Below are positions 1 to 9,365 of a stretch of DNA of 64,000 nucleotides, piece after piece; the stretch's first letter is position 1; each line of letters starts with the position of its first letter. The position numbers and the translations under genes are program-made. Source of the DNA: Deltaproteobacteria bacterium UBA6601. Its GTDB lineage: Bacteria > Myxococcota_A > UBA796 > UBA9615. The notes below the pieces were generated by a model. That model did no database searches. It worked only from the letters and a program-made list of their open reading frames with translations, and had not been told where the DNA came from. The stretch spans positions 25,232-89,231 of the forward strand of contig DJIF01000015.1 of NCBI GenBank assembly GCA_002433485.1. Direction: 5' to 3'.

Positions 1-108
1 AATGCCGCAAAGGTGCAGGGCCTGGGCATCGCCAGGCCGCTCAGCCAGGGCCAATTCGCACTGCTGAGCCGCCACATCGAGAGCCCCCCGCCGAAGTGCC
101 TGCAAGGC
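1..108 (+). CDS. possible 3' end of a gene entering from upstream of the window (partial; product unknown)
   Basis: Frame 1 is open from nt 1 to TAG at 106-108 (..NAAKVQGLGIARPLSQGQFALLSRHIESPPPKCLQG*). No family recognised; may be non-coding. Confidence 0.2.
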
Positions 109-304
109 TAGCGAAACGTGATCAGAAGCTCCCATAGAAAGCCACCTCTTATGCTGCTTTCGAGCATCGTATTGCATTCCATCCAGCTTGTCTCAAACAG
201 TCACCCTACAAAGCATCGATAGAGCACGGCCCTCGACAGGAGGACATATCGGACGCAGAATCCTGACTGTGAGTTCCTCTTTCCGACCAAACCTGTGGGT
301 CAGC

Positions 305-1222
305 ATGCTCTGCGCAGCGGCCTGCCTGCTCTTCAGCCAACAGGCGCAAGCAGAGGACGACTTCTTCGAGCCTACTGGCCTCGGCATGGGTGGCGCAGTA
401 CGCATCCTGGGCGTCGATTCCTCGGCGATCCGCCTTAATCCAGCGGCAATGGTCGGCGAACCCACCTACCTCTCGAGCCTCAGCTACAGCTACTACCCCA
501 GAGAACGGGGGCACATCTTCAGCAGCGGCGCCTACGACTCCCGCACCAGCAATTTCGCCCTTGGTACCAACTACTCGGTACGCAACTTTGAGCCCCCCTT
601 CGACCCGCAGGCAGACACACTCTGGTACCCGGTCTCGGAGGATGCCTCGCTACGCGATAAGCGGACCTTCCACCGCTGGGAGCTGGCGGCTGCTTACGCC
701 TTTCTGGGCCGCCGCATCAATGTCGGGCTGAGCGGGCGAGTACTGCGCCGCGAGTACGAACTCCGGGAGGACACCATGAAGTTCACTATGGACTCAGGGG
801 TGGTCTTCTACCCGCTGCCTTTCCTGGGGCTGGGCGTATCGAGCCAAAATATGATTCCTACTGGAGACACCCTATACCCGACTCGACTGTCGACCGGCCT
901 GGGACTTAGGCTGCCGCCGGTACTGAAGGTGGCCATCGATGTGGTCTTCGATCTCACCAGCGCCAGCAAACCGCTCACCGACATCCATGCTGGCGCCGAG
1001 CTTCGCATCATGGGGCTGGTATCGATCCGGGGGGGCTACTACAGCGAAGGTCGGTTCACCCAGAACTACGTTACCTGGGGCGTAGGGCTTGACTCGGAGC
1101 GAGTCCGCATCTCCTTCGCCATGAGGATTGAAGCGGGAAATCTTGACCGCAACCTGCGGGACGACATCACCGCAGACGGCAATCGCATTCTCAACAGCGT
1201 CGGCATCGACATGAAGTTCTGA
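305..1222 (+). CDS. putative outer-membrane beta-barrel protein (signal peptide; C-terminal Phe)
   Basis: ATG at 305 gives MLCAAACLLFSQQAQA signal peptide then AEDDFF. Alternating amphipathic pattern and aromatic-rich C terminus ending ..GIDMKF, typical of OM beta-barrels. The ORF-track start at 188 is probably a 5' over-extension. Confidence 0.55.
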   Translation: MLCAAACLLFSQQAQAEDDFFEPTGLGMGGAVRILGVDSSAIRLNPAAMVGEPTYLSSLSYSYYPRERGHIFSSGAYDSRTSNFALGTNYSVRNFEPPFDPQADTLWYPVSEDASLRDKRTFHRWELAAAYAFLGRRINVGLSGRVLRREYELREDTMKFTMDSGVVFYPLPFLGLGVSSQNMIPTGDTLYPTRLSTGLGLRLPPVLKVAIDVVFDLTSASKPLTDIHAGAELRIMGLVSIRGGYYSEGRFTQNYVTWGVGLDSERVRISFAMRIEAGNLDRNLRDDITADGNRILNSVGIDMKF

Positions 1223-1230
1223 GGCAGCCG

Positions 1231-2082
1231 GTGCAGCGGTCCCTGGCGATAGTGATCCCCGCGGCGCCCGGGTCTCCGTGGCTCAACGGAGCTGTCGAGG
1301 CGGTGCTGGCAGACGGTGCCGAAGCGATCTTTGTGGTTTCCGAGCAGCCCCCGGCAGAGCTCATCTGGGCAGGGGGTACGACGCACGGCAGCTGGGTACC
1401 GGTCGGGGAGCAAGCCGGCTTTGGCGAGCGGGCCAATCGAGGCATCACTGCCGCCGACAATGATGGCTATCAGCGGATCCTCCTCCTCAATGATGACACC
1501 CGCCTTCGACCGGGCTGCCTGAGCGCCCTAGACGCCTGCCTTGGGGAGGCAAAAGAGCGCATCGTCGGGGCCGTACTCGAGGACTGGTCGCAGACCAGCG
1601 TCCAGCTCTCAGGAATTGAAGTGTTCCCTGCCAGCGCCAGGATTCGGGTACAGCGCGACGACCCGGGCGCCGAACATCTGCCCCGAGCGGCGGTCAGTGC
1701 CGCAGCAATGATGTTTGACATCCCAACCTGGAGCAGACTCGGCGGCTTCTGCGAAGCATTCAGCTTCTATTTCGAGGACATCGACTTCTGCCATCGACTG
1801 CTAGAGCGCGGTGGCGAGGTGGTGATCTGCGGACCTGCACGGGTTCAACACCGAGGCGGCGGGACCCAGAGTCATAGGGCGAGCGATACGGCATGGCACG
1901 CCACCCGCAGTCAGATCCTGTTCGCCAAACGCCTTGGCGGCGGGCTGCTGAACCGCAGTAGACGGGCGCTGTGCGCCACCGCTCTGGGGCTGGCCTGGTC
2001 CGCACGCAACCTGGGTCCTCCCGGCCTCGCCTGGAGCGCCCGAGGAGCAATCTCCGGCCTGCTATGGTCGGAGAATCGATGA
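1231..2082 (+). CDS. family-2 glycosyltransferase
   Basis: GTG start preceded by GAGG. Domain pattern: AIVIPA..., then LLLNDDT (DxD-like), then FYFEDIDFCHRL, typical of GT2. Stop overlaps the fadH start (ATGA at 2079-2082). Confidence 0.7.
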   Translation: MQRSLAIVIPAAPGSPWLNGAVEAVLADGAEAIFVVSEQPPAELIWAGGTTHGSWVPVGEQAGFGERANRGITAADNDGYQRILLLNDDTRLRPGCLSALDACLGEAKERIVGAVLEDWSQTSVQLSGIEVFPASARIRVQRDDPGAEHLPRAAVSAAAMMFDIPTWSRLGGFCEAFSFYFEDIDFCHRLLERGGEVVICGPARVQHRGGGTQSHRASDTAWHATRSQILFAKRLGGGLLNRSRRALCATALGLAWSARNLGPPGLAWSARGAISGLLWSENR

Positions 2083-4106
2083 CCGCAGAGCAACGCCACT
2101 TCCCAAAGCTATTCTCGCCCCTGAAAGTGGGCAGCATTACCCTACCGAACCGAGTGCTTATGGGCTCGATGCATGTCGGTCTGGAGGAAGAGCGAGGCCG
2201 TCTACAGAAGATGGCCGCTTACTTCGCCGCACGCGCCCGAGGCGGAGTCGGTCTCATCGTCACCGGAGGTGTGGCTCCCAACCGGGCCGGACAGGCCAAG
2301 CCCTTCGCTGCCAAACTGACCAACCGCTACGAACGCTGGAAACATCGCTGCGTAGCTGATGCGGTACACGCGGAAGGCGGGCGCATCGCCATGCAGATCC
2401 TGCACACCGGCCGCTACGCCTATCAGCCACTTGCAGTTGCACCCAGCGCGCTCCGCTCGCCCATCAGCCTGTTTACCCCCAGAGCCCTGAGCCCTGCCGG
2501 GGTCGAGCGAACCATTAAAGACTACGCAAGCTGCGCGGTGCTGGCCCGCGACGCCGGCTATGACGGCGTGGAGGTGATGGGCTCCGAGGGCTACCTCATC
2601 AACCAGTTCCTGGTGACTCACACCAACAAGCGCGAGGACCGCTGGGGCGGCGAGTTCGCAAACCGCATGCGCCTTCCGGTTGAGATCGTTCGTCAGACCC
2701 GCAAGGCAGTGGGCGACGATTTCATCATCATCTATCGGCTTTCCATGCTGGATCTGGTGAAGAACGGCTCGACCTGGGCAGAGATCGTCCAGCTCGCCAA
2801 GGCGATCGAGGAGGCAGGTGCCAGCATCATCAACACCGGAATCGGCTGGCACGAAGCAAGAATCCCCACCATCGCGACCCTGGTACCCCGAGCCGCCTAT
2901 ACCTGGGTGACCGCTCGCCTAAAGGGTGAGGTAAGCATTCCACTGGTCACCTCAAACCGAATCAATATGCCGGAGACTGCAGAGCAGGTACTCACGGACG
3001 GGCACGCCGACATGATCTCCATGGCCCGCCCCCTGCTCGCTGATCCGAACTGGGTCAACAAAGCTGAACAGGGCCGCAGCGACGAGATCAACACCTGCAT
3101 CGCCTGCAATCAAGCCTGCCTGGACCTGATCTTTCAGAACAAACGAGCAACCTGCCTGGTCAATCCGCTGGCCTGTTACGAGACCGAGGTCGTGGTGGAG
3201 CCGACCAATCTCCCCCGCAATGTAGCCGTGGTCGGGGCCGGACCCGCTGGACTGGCCTGCGCAACTACCGCTGCAAGCAGGGGCCACAAGGTCACTCTAT
3301 TTGAAGCCAGCGATGACATCGGTGGTCAATTTCACCTGGCACGGCGCATTCCGGGCAAAGAAGAGTTCGCCGAGACACTCCGCTACTTCCGCCGCCAGAT
3401 CGAGCTCACCGGAGTCGAACTCCGGCTCAACACCCGAGCAGATCTGAACAAGCTAAGTGACGGCTTCGACACCGTGGTCCTCGCTACCGGGGTCACCCCT
3501 CGAAAAATCCAACTCGAAGGAATCGAACACCCCAAGGTGGTGACCTACATCGAGGTCATCCTCGGCCAGGCTGCAGTCGGCCCGCGAGTTGCCATCATCG
3601 GTGCCGGTGGAATCGGCTTCGACGTCGCTGAATTCCTGACCCACGTCGACGCCGGGAAAGATCCCATCGCAAGCTATCTGGCGGAGTGGGGTATCGATCG
3701 ACAAATGACCGGACGAGGTGGCCTGAAGAAAGCCCAGCGGCCTGCTCCGGCCCGCCAGGTCACATTGTGCCAGCGAAGAGTCGGCAAGCTGGGCGCCAAC
3801 CTGGGCAAGACCACCGGCTGGATTCATCGCACCTCGCTCAAGCATCGCAAGGTCAAGATGCTGTCCAACTGCAGCTACCAGCGAATCGACGACCAGGGCC
3901 TGCACCTTCGGGTTGGGGAGAAGGAACAACTTCTGGAGGTCGATAACATTGTCATCTGCGCAGGACAGGAGCCGCTGCGGGAGCTGCTTGAACCCCTGAT
4001 GGAAGCCGGCATCTCGACTCACCTCATCGGCGGTGCTGACGAGGCAGGCGAGCTCGACGCCAGACGTGCCATAGATCAGGGGACACGCCTGGCAACCCGC
4101 CTCTAG
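2079..4106 (+). CDS. fadH: 2,4-dienoyl-CoA reductase (NADPH) / NADH:flavin oxidoreductase-FAD/NAD(P) fusion
   Basis: MTAEQRHFPKLFSPLKVGSITLPNRVLMGSMH.. is an old-yellow-enzyme TIM-barrel N-terminus. It is followed by the Cys cluster CIACNQACLD and a GAGPAG.. dinucleotide-binding C-terminal half. The ~676 aa architecture matches FadH. The track start at 1971 was rejected. Confidence 0.8.
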   Translation: MTAEQRHFPKLFSPLKVGSITLPNRVLMGSMHVGLEEERGRLQKMAAYFAARARGGVGLIVTGGVAPNRAGQAKPFAAKLTNRYERWKHRCVADAVHAEGGRIAMQILHTGRYAYQPLAVAPSALRSPISLFTPRALSPAGVERTIKDYASCAVLARDAGYDGVEVMGSEGYLINQFLVTHTNKREDRWGGEFANRMRLPVEIVRQTRKAVGDDFIIIYRLSMLDLVKNGSTWAEIVQLAKAIEEAGASIINTGIGWHEARIPTIATLVPRAAYTWVTARLKGEVSIPLVTSNRINMPETAEQVLTDGHADMISMARPLLADPNWVNKAEQGRSDEINTCIACNQACLDLIFQNKRATCLVNPLACYETEVVVEPTNLPRNVAVVGAGPAGLACATTAASRGHKVTLFEASDDIGGQFHLARRIPGKEEFAETLRYFRRQIELTGVELRLNTRADLNKLSDGFDTVVLATGVTPRKIQLEGIEHPKVVTYIEVILGQAAVGPRVAIIGAGGIGFDVAEFLTHVDAGKDPIASYLAEWGIDRQMTGRGGLKKAQRPAPARQVTLCQRRVGKLGANLGKTTGWIHRTSLKHRKVKMLSNCSYQRIDDQGLHLRVGEKEQLLEVDNIVICAGQEPLRELLEPLMEAGISTHLIGGADEAGELDARRAIDQGTRLATRL

Positions 4107-4116
4107 GACTCAAGGC

Positions 4117-5403
4117 TCAATCCCAGTCAATTTGGAACTGGTAGCTGGTAGGGCTGCCAGAAACACACCACAGCTCAATGAGCATGGTCCCAGCCGCTGC
4201 CGTCGATGAGTGCGATACGGGTCCGCTATCGCCGGCTCCGGTAGAGTTGGCGGTGGCGGCGCCGCTCACCGCAAAGTTCAGATCAGACTCAGCACCGGCC
4301 CAATCGAGCACAAAAGACACTGGCCCGCCGCAATCAAAGGACACCGAGTACTGATCTCGAATCGCATCGCTGGAACAGGAGAGGCTACCGCTGAGCACAA
4401 CGTGGCCGCTGCCCCCCACGACCAGGGTAGTCGAGTTGTTGTCGCCACTTGCAGGACCAGCAGTTGCCGTCACCAGCGGACCAGCGCAATCGCTCTGTTG
4501 ATCGGCCCCGTCACAGTCTTCGTCGACGCCATTACCCGGCAGATCGATCGCACCTGGAAAGATCTGCGCGTCGTTATCGTTGCAGTCCCCGGTCAAGCCA
4601 GACTCACCGGCATCCAGACAATCCGTGTCGCTGGTGACCACAGTGGCGCTGCCGCCAACGCCGTCTCCGTCGGCGTCTCCATAACAATAAAGTACGCTGC
4701 CGCCGCCACTCGAACAGTCCTCGTCGACCAGGCCGTTGCAGTTGACATCAAGCCCATCGCAATCATCCCAGAGACTCGGGGCAACCGCAGCGTTGGCATC
4801 ATCACAGTCGTCGTCCGCGGTGCCTAAGACTCCATCGTCACCGCACAGAGAGTAGCCATCCTGATCTTCATCAAAAAGTTCGTCGATGAGCTCATCGCAG
4901 TCGTTGTCATCACCGTCACACTGCTCAACATTGCCTGGATGATTGTTGGGGTCCAAATCATCGCAATCATCGTCCCCAGTACCAAAGCTCAGATCCGCCC
5001 CACAGGTGGTGAACCCATCGCCGTCAGCATCAAAGCCGTTGTCGACTACGCCATCACAGTCGTTGTCCTGACCGTCACAGTTCTCCGTCAGACCGGGGGC
5101 ATTATTGAAGTCCTCGTCGTCGCAATCCTGACCGCTGGGAACCCCATCACCGTCACCATCGACCACCAGCGGCAGGTCTGAACCGTTGCAATCCTCGTCG
5201 ACACCATTGCCCGGCACCTCAATGGCCCCGGGATAGACGAGCGGATCATTATCGTCGCAGTCGCCCTCTTCGGTGCGCCAGCCATCGTAGTCAAAATCAG
5301 CGCTCCGCTCGCCGCCCAGCAGGTCGCATCCCGGTAGGACCATGCCCTGGACCAACCCGGCGATGACGACCAGTAGCGTCGTCCTCAACTGAAGAGTTCG
5401 CAT
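4117..5403 (-). CDS. secreted Cys/Asp-rich repeat protein with MopE-like 'putative metal-binding motif' repeats and a C-terminal beta-sandwich (PPC-like) domain; probable lipoprotein
   Basis: ATG at 5403 with upstream GAGGAAGGA. Signal peptide MRTLQLRTTLLVVIAGLVQGMVLPGC (lipobox-like). Multiple repeats of the form DCDDxDPxxxPGAxExCDGxDNDCDGxxDE. C-terminus ..YQFQIDWD. The track start at 5493 was rejected. Confidence 0.65.
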   Translation of the reverse strand: MRTLQLRTTLLVVIAGLVQGMVLPGCDLLGGERSADFDYDGWRTEEGDCDDNDPLVYPGAIEVPGNGVDEDCNGSDLPLVVDGDGDGVPSGQDCDDEDFNNAPGLTENCDGQDNDCDGVVDNGFDADGDGFTTCGADLSFGTGDDDCDDLDPNNHPGNVEQCDGDDNDCDELIDELFDEDQDGYSLCGDDGVLGTADDDCDDANAAVAPSLWDDCDGLDVNCNGLVDEDCSSGGGSVLYCYGDADGDGVGGSATVVTSDTDCLDAGESGLTGDCNDNDAQIFPGAIDLPGNGVDEDCDGADQQSDCAGPLVTATAGPASGDNNSTTLVVGGSGHVVLSGSLSCSSDAIRDQYSVSFDCGGPVSFVLDWAGAESDLNFAVSGAATANSTGAGDSGPVSHSSTAAAGTMLIELWCVSGSPTSYQFQIDWD

Positions 5404-5562
5404 GAGATGGTCCTTCCTCATCGACCGCCAGTGCTGCACGCACCGCAGGGTCTTCCGACAGTCTAGACGACCTGCAGCAAGATTCGGGCTCAACAGGAAC
5501 CGAGTGCCCCCAGGCCCAGGCTGCTAGGCTCTCCATCTGAAGCAACCTGCCCTGGAGCGAAC

Positions 5563-5994
5563 ATGCGCGCCTATCTACTCCCCCGCTTCCTCTATCTGAC
5601 CTTGTTCCTCATCTGGGGCGCCGCATGTCAGGCCCCCTCTCCAGGCGACTCTGATCTAGACGGCGACGGCAGCCTCGACAGCGACGACTGCGCACCACTC
5701 GACCCCAGCATCTACCCAGGAGCCGACGACTACAGCGGAGACTTTACCGACTCCGACTGCGACGGCGATGACGGCGAACTCGGCAGCGGCGACGACGATG
5801 ACGACAGCGCTGGGGACGACGACGACACCGACGCTGATGGCGATGATGACGACTCGGCGGCAGATGACGACGACTCGGCGACAGATGATGACGACTCGAC
5901 CGGCGATGATGACGACTCGACCGGCGATGATGACGACTCCGCCGGCGATGATGACGACTCCGCCGGAGGCGATGGCCCAATCGCCTTGCCGTAG
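5563..5994 (+). CDS. poly-Asp acidic lipoprotein encoded by 21-bp tandem repeats
   Basis: Signal peptide with lipobox (LIWGAAC), then DSDLDGDGSLDSDDC.., then a (D)4-S-x-G heptad repeated about 8 times. Divergent from the MopE-like gene. Confidence 0.55.
   Translation: MRAYLLPRFLYLTLFLIWGAACQAPSPGDSDLDGDGSLDSDDCAPLDPSIYPGADDYSGDFTDSDCDGDDGELGSGDDDDDSAGDDDDTDADGDDDDSAADDDDSATDDDDSTGDDDDSTGDDDDSAGDDDDSAGGDGPIALP
5791..5964 (+). repeat. coding tandem repeat, about 8 copies of a 21-bp unit (gatgatgacgactcgaccggc-like) encoding DDDDS(A/T)G
   Basis: Seen directly in the sequence: ..acagatgatgacgactcgacc ggcgatgatgacgactcgacc ggcgatgatgacgactccgcc ggcgatgatgacgactccgcc.. Confidence 0.8.
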
Positions 5995-6060
5995 AGCTCA
6001 GGGCTGGCCAGGTCGCCACTCCTGAAACCTTGCCGCCAGACTGAAGGGCAAGCGTTCGTC

Positions 6061-6492
6061 CTAGTCTCCCCGGTCGGTCGGTCGAGTGAGGATAAACAAC
6101 ACCCCAAGCAGGCCAGCAAACCCCGTAAAGACCCGCGGCCAGAGCATGTGCTGCGGCATCGCAAAGAACACCGCAAAGGTGACAAAGAACGCGCTGACAC
6201 TGCTGCCAAGCAGCTTGATCTTAAGGGTGATCCCCTTCCCGGCGCGGTAGCGACGAACAAGAGTACCGAACTGAGGGTGGTCGAGAATCCAGCGAAAGAA
6301 CCGCTCCGAACTGCGCGCAAAACAGGCTGCCGCCAGCAACATGAAGGGCGTGGTGGGAAGCCCGGGTACGACAACACCCAAGGCGCCTAGCCCCACGCAA
6401 AGGAGCCCACCGGCAAACCAAAGCCCACGTACGAATCGATTGGATGTAAGGCGAACCTCTTCGGCGCCATCCGAGTCGCTGCCCTCCGTCAT
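6061..6492 (-). CDS. ybaN: YbaN-family (DUF454) inner-membrane protein
   Basis: LGALGVVVPGLPTTPFMLLAAACFARSSERFFRWIL closely matches the YbaN/DUF454 core (LPTTPF.LLAA.CFARSS.RF..WL). ATG start. Confidence 0.7.
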   Translation of the reverse strand: MTEGSDSDGAEEVRLTSNRFVRGLWFAGGLLCVGLGALGVVVPGLPTTPFMLLAAACFARSSERFFRWILDHPQFGTLVRRYRAGKGITLKIKLLGSSVSAFFVTFAVFFAMPQHMLWPRVFTGFAGLLGVLFILTRPTDRGD

Positions 6493-6617
6493 GTGGCGGA
6501 AGATACAGATTATTTCCCCCCGGTCCAGCGACTTAAGAGCAGCGAGCCTGGCAACTACGGCGCCAGGGAGCCTGGAAAAAGAGAGCGTTGACGGCCCCTG
6601 AGCAGACCTCGTAAAGA

Positions 6618-7457
6618 TCAGCAGAAGTGCACCCCTTGACCGCGGTCCCGAGCGGCAAGAGCGCTGCTCAGAAAGGTGTCGAGAGTAGCAGTCGAACTGA
6701 CCGCTCCAATCGCAGCTGGGCTCGAGCGAACCAGTTTCAAAGAATAACGCGGACCGGCACTTTCCGGCCCCAGCAGAGAGACCTCGGTAACGTGGTGTTC
6801 GAGGCTCGGATCTGCGACAAGACGGGCCTCCACCTGATCAAAACCAAGCTCGCTAGCCATCGCCAGAACCGCCATGGTGTTCACATTGTTCGGAGCCAGG
6901 GCACAGAGCTCTCGAAGCGGGCCACTGTAGATCTCGCGTCGCCCTATGGTCTGATCAAGAGGGGGCTCCAGCTCCCCGTGATAGTTCAAAGAGGAGGGGT
7001 GCTTGAGCATCGCTATGCTGGCCCCGGCCAGGCCGCCTCCAGCTGCCATACGCAGGACCTCCTCAAGACCAGGCAGGGCGCCCCTGGGGATATAGAGACC
7101 GTGACCATAGGACCCTGAAGCTTCCCGCATCACAGCCTCAACTCCGGCCCTGGCCAGGGCCGTGGGCGAGCCGATCATGTAATCGGCTGCACGCAAGAAC
7201 TGAGCGCCGTAGTTCCAGGTAATGGACGGGTGCGCCACTTCAACAATGAGGTCCGGGCGACGCTCAGCAAAAACATCCAGATCCTGCAAGCGCAGCTCGA
7301 CCGGAATCTCAGGCCCAATGGACTCTGGGCTCTTGTTCCAGACAAAAGCCAGCTCAAAGCGTTGTCGCAGCGAAGGTTCATTCAAGATCGCATTACTGAT
7401 ATGGCGGCCCAACTTTCCGTAACCGACAACCCCGATTCGCCGTGCAGATCCGCTCAT
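6618..7457 (-). CDS. aspartate-dehydrogenase-domain (ASPDH/NadX-like) NAD(P)-binding protein
   Basis: RIGVVGYGKLGRHIS..LAFVWNKSPESIG..LQDLDVFAERRPDLIVEVAHPSI..GAQFLRAADYMIGSPTALA parallels the ASPDH family nearly motif for motif. Start is either 7457 (MSGS..) or 7469. Confidence 0.65.
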   Translation of the reverse strand: MSGSARRIGVVGYGKLGRHISNAILNEPSLRQRFELAFVWNKSPESIGPEIPVELRLQDLDVFAERRPDLIVEVAHPSITWNYGAQFLRAADYMIGSPTALARAGVEAVMREASGSYGHGLYIPRGALPGLEEVLRMAAGGGLAGASIAMLKHPSSLNYHGELEPPLDQTIGRREIYSGPLRELCALAPNNVNTMAVLAMASELGFDQVEARLVADPSLEHHVTEVSLLGPESAGPRYSLKLVRSSPAAIGAVSSTATLDTFLSSALAARDRGQGVHFC

Positions 7458-7465
7458 GAGTTCCC

Positions 7466-8341
7466 TCAACAGTTCAAAGTGCGGTGTTCGAGGCTCCGCG
7501 CCTTTCCCGACACATAGACACCAACAAAGTCATCACCCTCAAGCTCAAGGGCGACCGCAATCTCTGAGGGTTGATCTATCGCATCCCCCTGCTCAAAGGA
7601 AAGCTCGACCCGTGAACTCGCAGCAATGAGACCGTGGTGGACCAGCAGACAGGAGGTGGCCGCCGCCGAAGTGCCGGTCGCAGAATCCTCACGGATCCCG
7701 ACCACCGGCGCAAAATTACGACACCGGGCGGTAGCTGCACCTGGGCTGTCCAAAGTAAAGCAGTAGATACCAATGGCCCCGTAAGCCCGGCTGATCGCCT
7801 CAATAGCCGCAAGATCGGGCCGAATGCTGGCCAGATATTCCCAGCTGGTGATGGGTGCGAAGATCTTGTGCAAGCCGGTCGAGGCGACCTGGACCGGCAT
7901 CTTGTCGGCAGCAAGCAGCGCTGCTGACGGAAGTCCGAGAGCCTGTAGGACCGGTTCCGGCGCGACAACGGGACCGAAGCTCGGCAGATTCTGACTCATC
8001 GTCACCACACCTGAAGCGCTACAGTCGATATTCTGCAAGCCTGCGCCAGTCTCCATCCAGTATGAACCCGGACTAAAGCGGCCGCACTCCAACAGAGCAT
8101 GCCAGGCGGCAATCGTGGCATGACCGCAGATAGGAACTTCAGCGGTCGGAGTGAAAAAGCGCAGCTGCACATCGCCGAGCCCAGAGCTACTGACAAAGGC
8201 AGTTTCAGACAGGCCCAAGCGGCTAGCGATTGCCTGCATCTGCCGCTCATCAAGGGCATCTGCCTGGAGCACCACTCCTGCCAGATTCCCCCCTTCACCA
8301 TCACGGGTAAAGGCGCTGACCACCAGGCTGGGAACGTCCAT
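7466..8341 (-). CDS. PhzF-family isomerase (phenazine biosynthesis-like protein)
   Basis: N-terminal pattern VVSAFTRDGEGGNLAGVVL..LSETAFV..QLRFFTPTAEVPICGHATIAAWHAL is typical PhzF/DAP-epimerase fold. Its stop overlaps the ASPDH-like start (7466-7469). Confidence 0.7.
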   Translation of the reverse strand: MDVPSLVVSAFTRDGEGGNLAGVVLQADALDERQMQAIASRLGLSETAFVSSSGLGDVQLRFFTPTAEVPICGHATIAAWHALLECGRFSPGSYWMETGAGLQNIDCSASGVVTMSQNLPSFGPVVAPEPVLQALGLPSAALLAADKMPVQVASTGLHKIFAPITSWEYLASIRPDLAAIEAISRAYGAIGIYCFTLDSPGAATARCRNFAPVVGIREDSATGTSAAATSCLLVHHGLIAASSRVELSFEQGDAIDQPSEIAVALELEGDDFVGVYVSGKARSLEHRTLNC

Positions 8342-8497
8342 GACTTAACGCACCTCGACAGAGCAAAAGAGGACCCCTCTGTAACGGTCAGCGCCGAATC
8401 ACGCCGACACCGGTCCGGGCGAAAGCTGCCTCAAACAAAGCCGCCGCCTGGGGCCAGGATACCCAACCTAGCAGGCCTCCCCATTGTCAATGGTGTC

Positions 8498-9340
8498 TCA
8501 CTCAGTGCGTTGTGGCTTCAGCACCGAACCGGGATGCTTGGTTCGCCCCCTCAACAGCAACCAGAGGCCCAGCAAGAACATCGGGATGCTCACCAATTGA
8601 CTGGTGCTCAGCAGGTCACCGAAGTACATCCCGCGTGGATCGCCGCGAAACAGCTCCCAGAAAGACCGAACTGGCGCATAGAGGAGCAGATACAAGGCCA
8701 GACTCTGGCCGGGGTAGGACTGGCGGGGTCGGACCATCAACCACAACACCAGGAAGATACCGAAACAGCTCACGCCACTGGCCAGCTGGGTTGGCACCAG
8801 GGCAATCCCCTGCCGCCCCAGTGTTCCCGGGTCCAGGAAGGTGACAGCCAGCCCTGTAGGCCAGTCCCAGGATCCAGCTCCTGATAACCAGTCTGGCAGC
8901 GGAGCACGGGCAGGACGGCCCCAACAACAGCCGGCCAGCAAGCAGCCGAGGCGGCCTATCGCCTGGCCAAGGGCGATCGACGGCGCCATCGTGTCGGCCA
9001 TGCGCAGAAACGGAATAGACTTGAGCCGGCAGTATGCAAGTGCAGCCAAAATCCCACCCAGCAGGCCACCATAGAAGGCAAAGCCACCGCCAGCACCGCT
9101 GAAGACCCTGGCCTCAGAGCTGTCGGCCATCAGTACGTGAAGCATCCGAGAGCCGAGCAGCGAAGCCACCAGGATCAGCAAGCTGAGGCTGAACACCTGC
9201 TCCGCTGAGATCCCTTCGCGACGACCGTTCAGGCAGGCCAGGCCCGCCCCAACAATAAACGCGAGGGCCAGCATCGAGCCGTAAGAGTAGTAGGGAATGG
9301 TCCTACCGAAGACTTCAAAACTAAACAACACGGGGTGCAT
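8498..9340 (-). CDS. lgt: prolipoprotein diacylglyceryl transferase
   Basis: MHPVLFSFEVFGRTIPYYSYGSMLALAFIVG.., YGGLLGGILAALAYCRLK, and RLGCLLAGCCWGRP are Lgt signature regions. The track start at 9373 was trimmed to the ATG at 9340. Confidence 0.75.
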   Translation of the reverse strand: MHPVLFSFEVFGRTIPYYSYGSMLALAFIVGAGLACLNGRREGISAEQVFSLSLLILVASLLGSRMLHVLMADSSEARVFSGAGGGFAFYGGLLGGILAALAYCRLKSIPFLRMADTMAPSIALGQAIGRLGCLLAGCCWGRPARAPLPDWLSGAGSWDWPTGLAVTFLDPGTLGRQGIALVPTQLASGVSCFGIFLVLWLMVRPRQSYPGQSLALYLLLYAPVRSFWELFRGDPRGMYFGDLLSTSQLVSIPMFLLGLWLLLRGRTKHPGSVLKPQRTE

Positions 9341-9365
9341 GGCAGGACCGATTGTAGACGAGCCT

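Noticed and set aside
1971-2078. 5' extensions of track ORFs (fadH 1971, ligase 24026, MATE 26850, groES 43161, lipoprotein 45866, dnaJ 48079, Lys-rich 58720, mvk 29680, lgt 9373, psd 48233)
   Set aside because: The conserved N-termini begin at internal ATG/TTG codons that sit just after the upstream gene's stop and/or after an RBS. The extensions overlap neighbouring genes and have junk-like composition.
8481-8493. Palindrome CCATTG-T-CAATGG just downstream of the lgt stop
   Set aside because: It is too short and isolated to be called an operator or terminator with any confidence.
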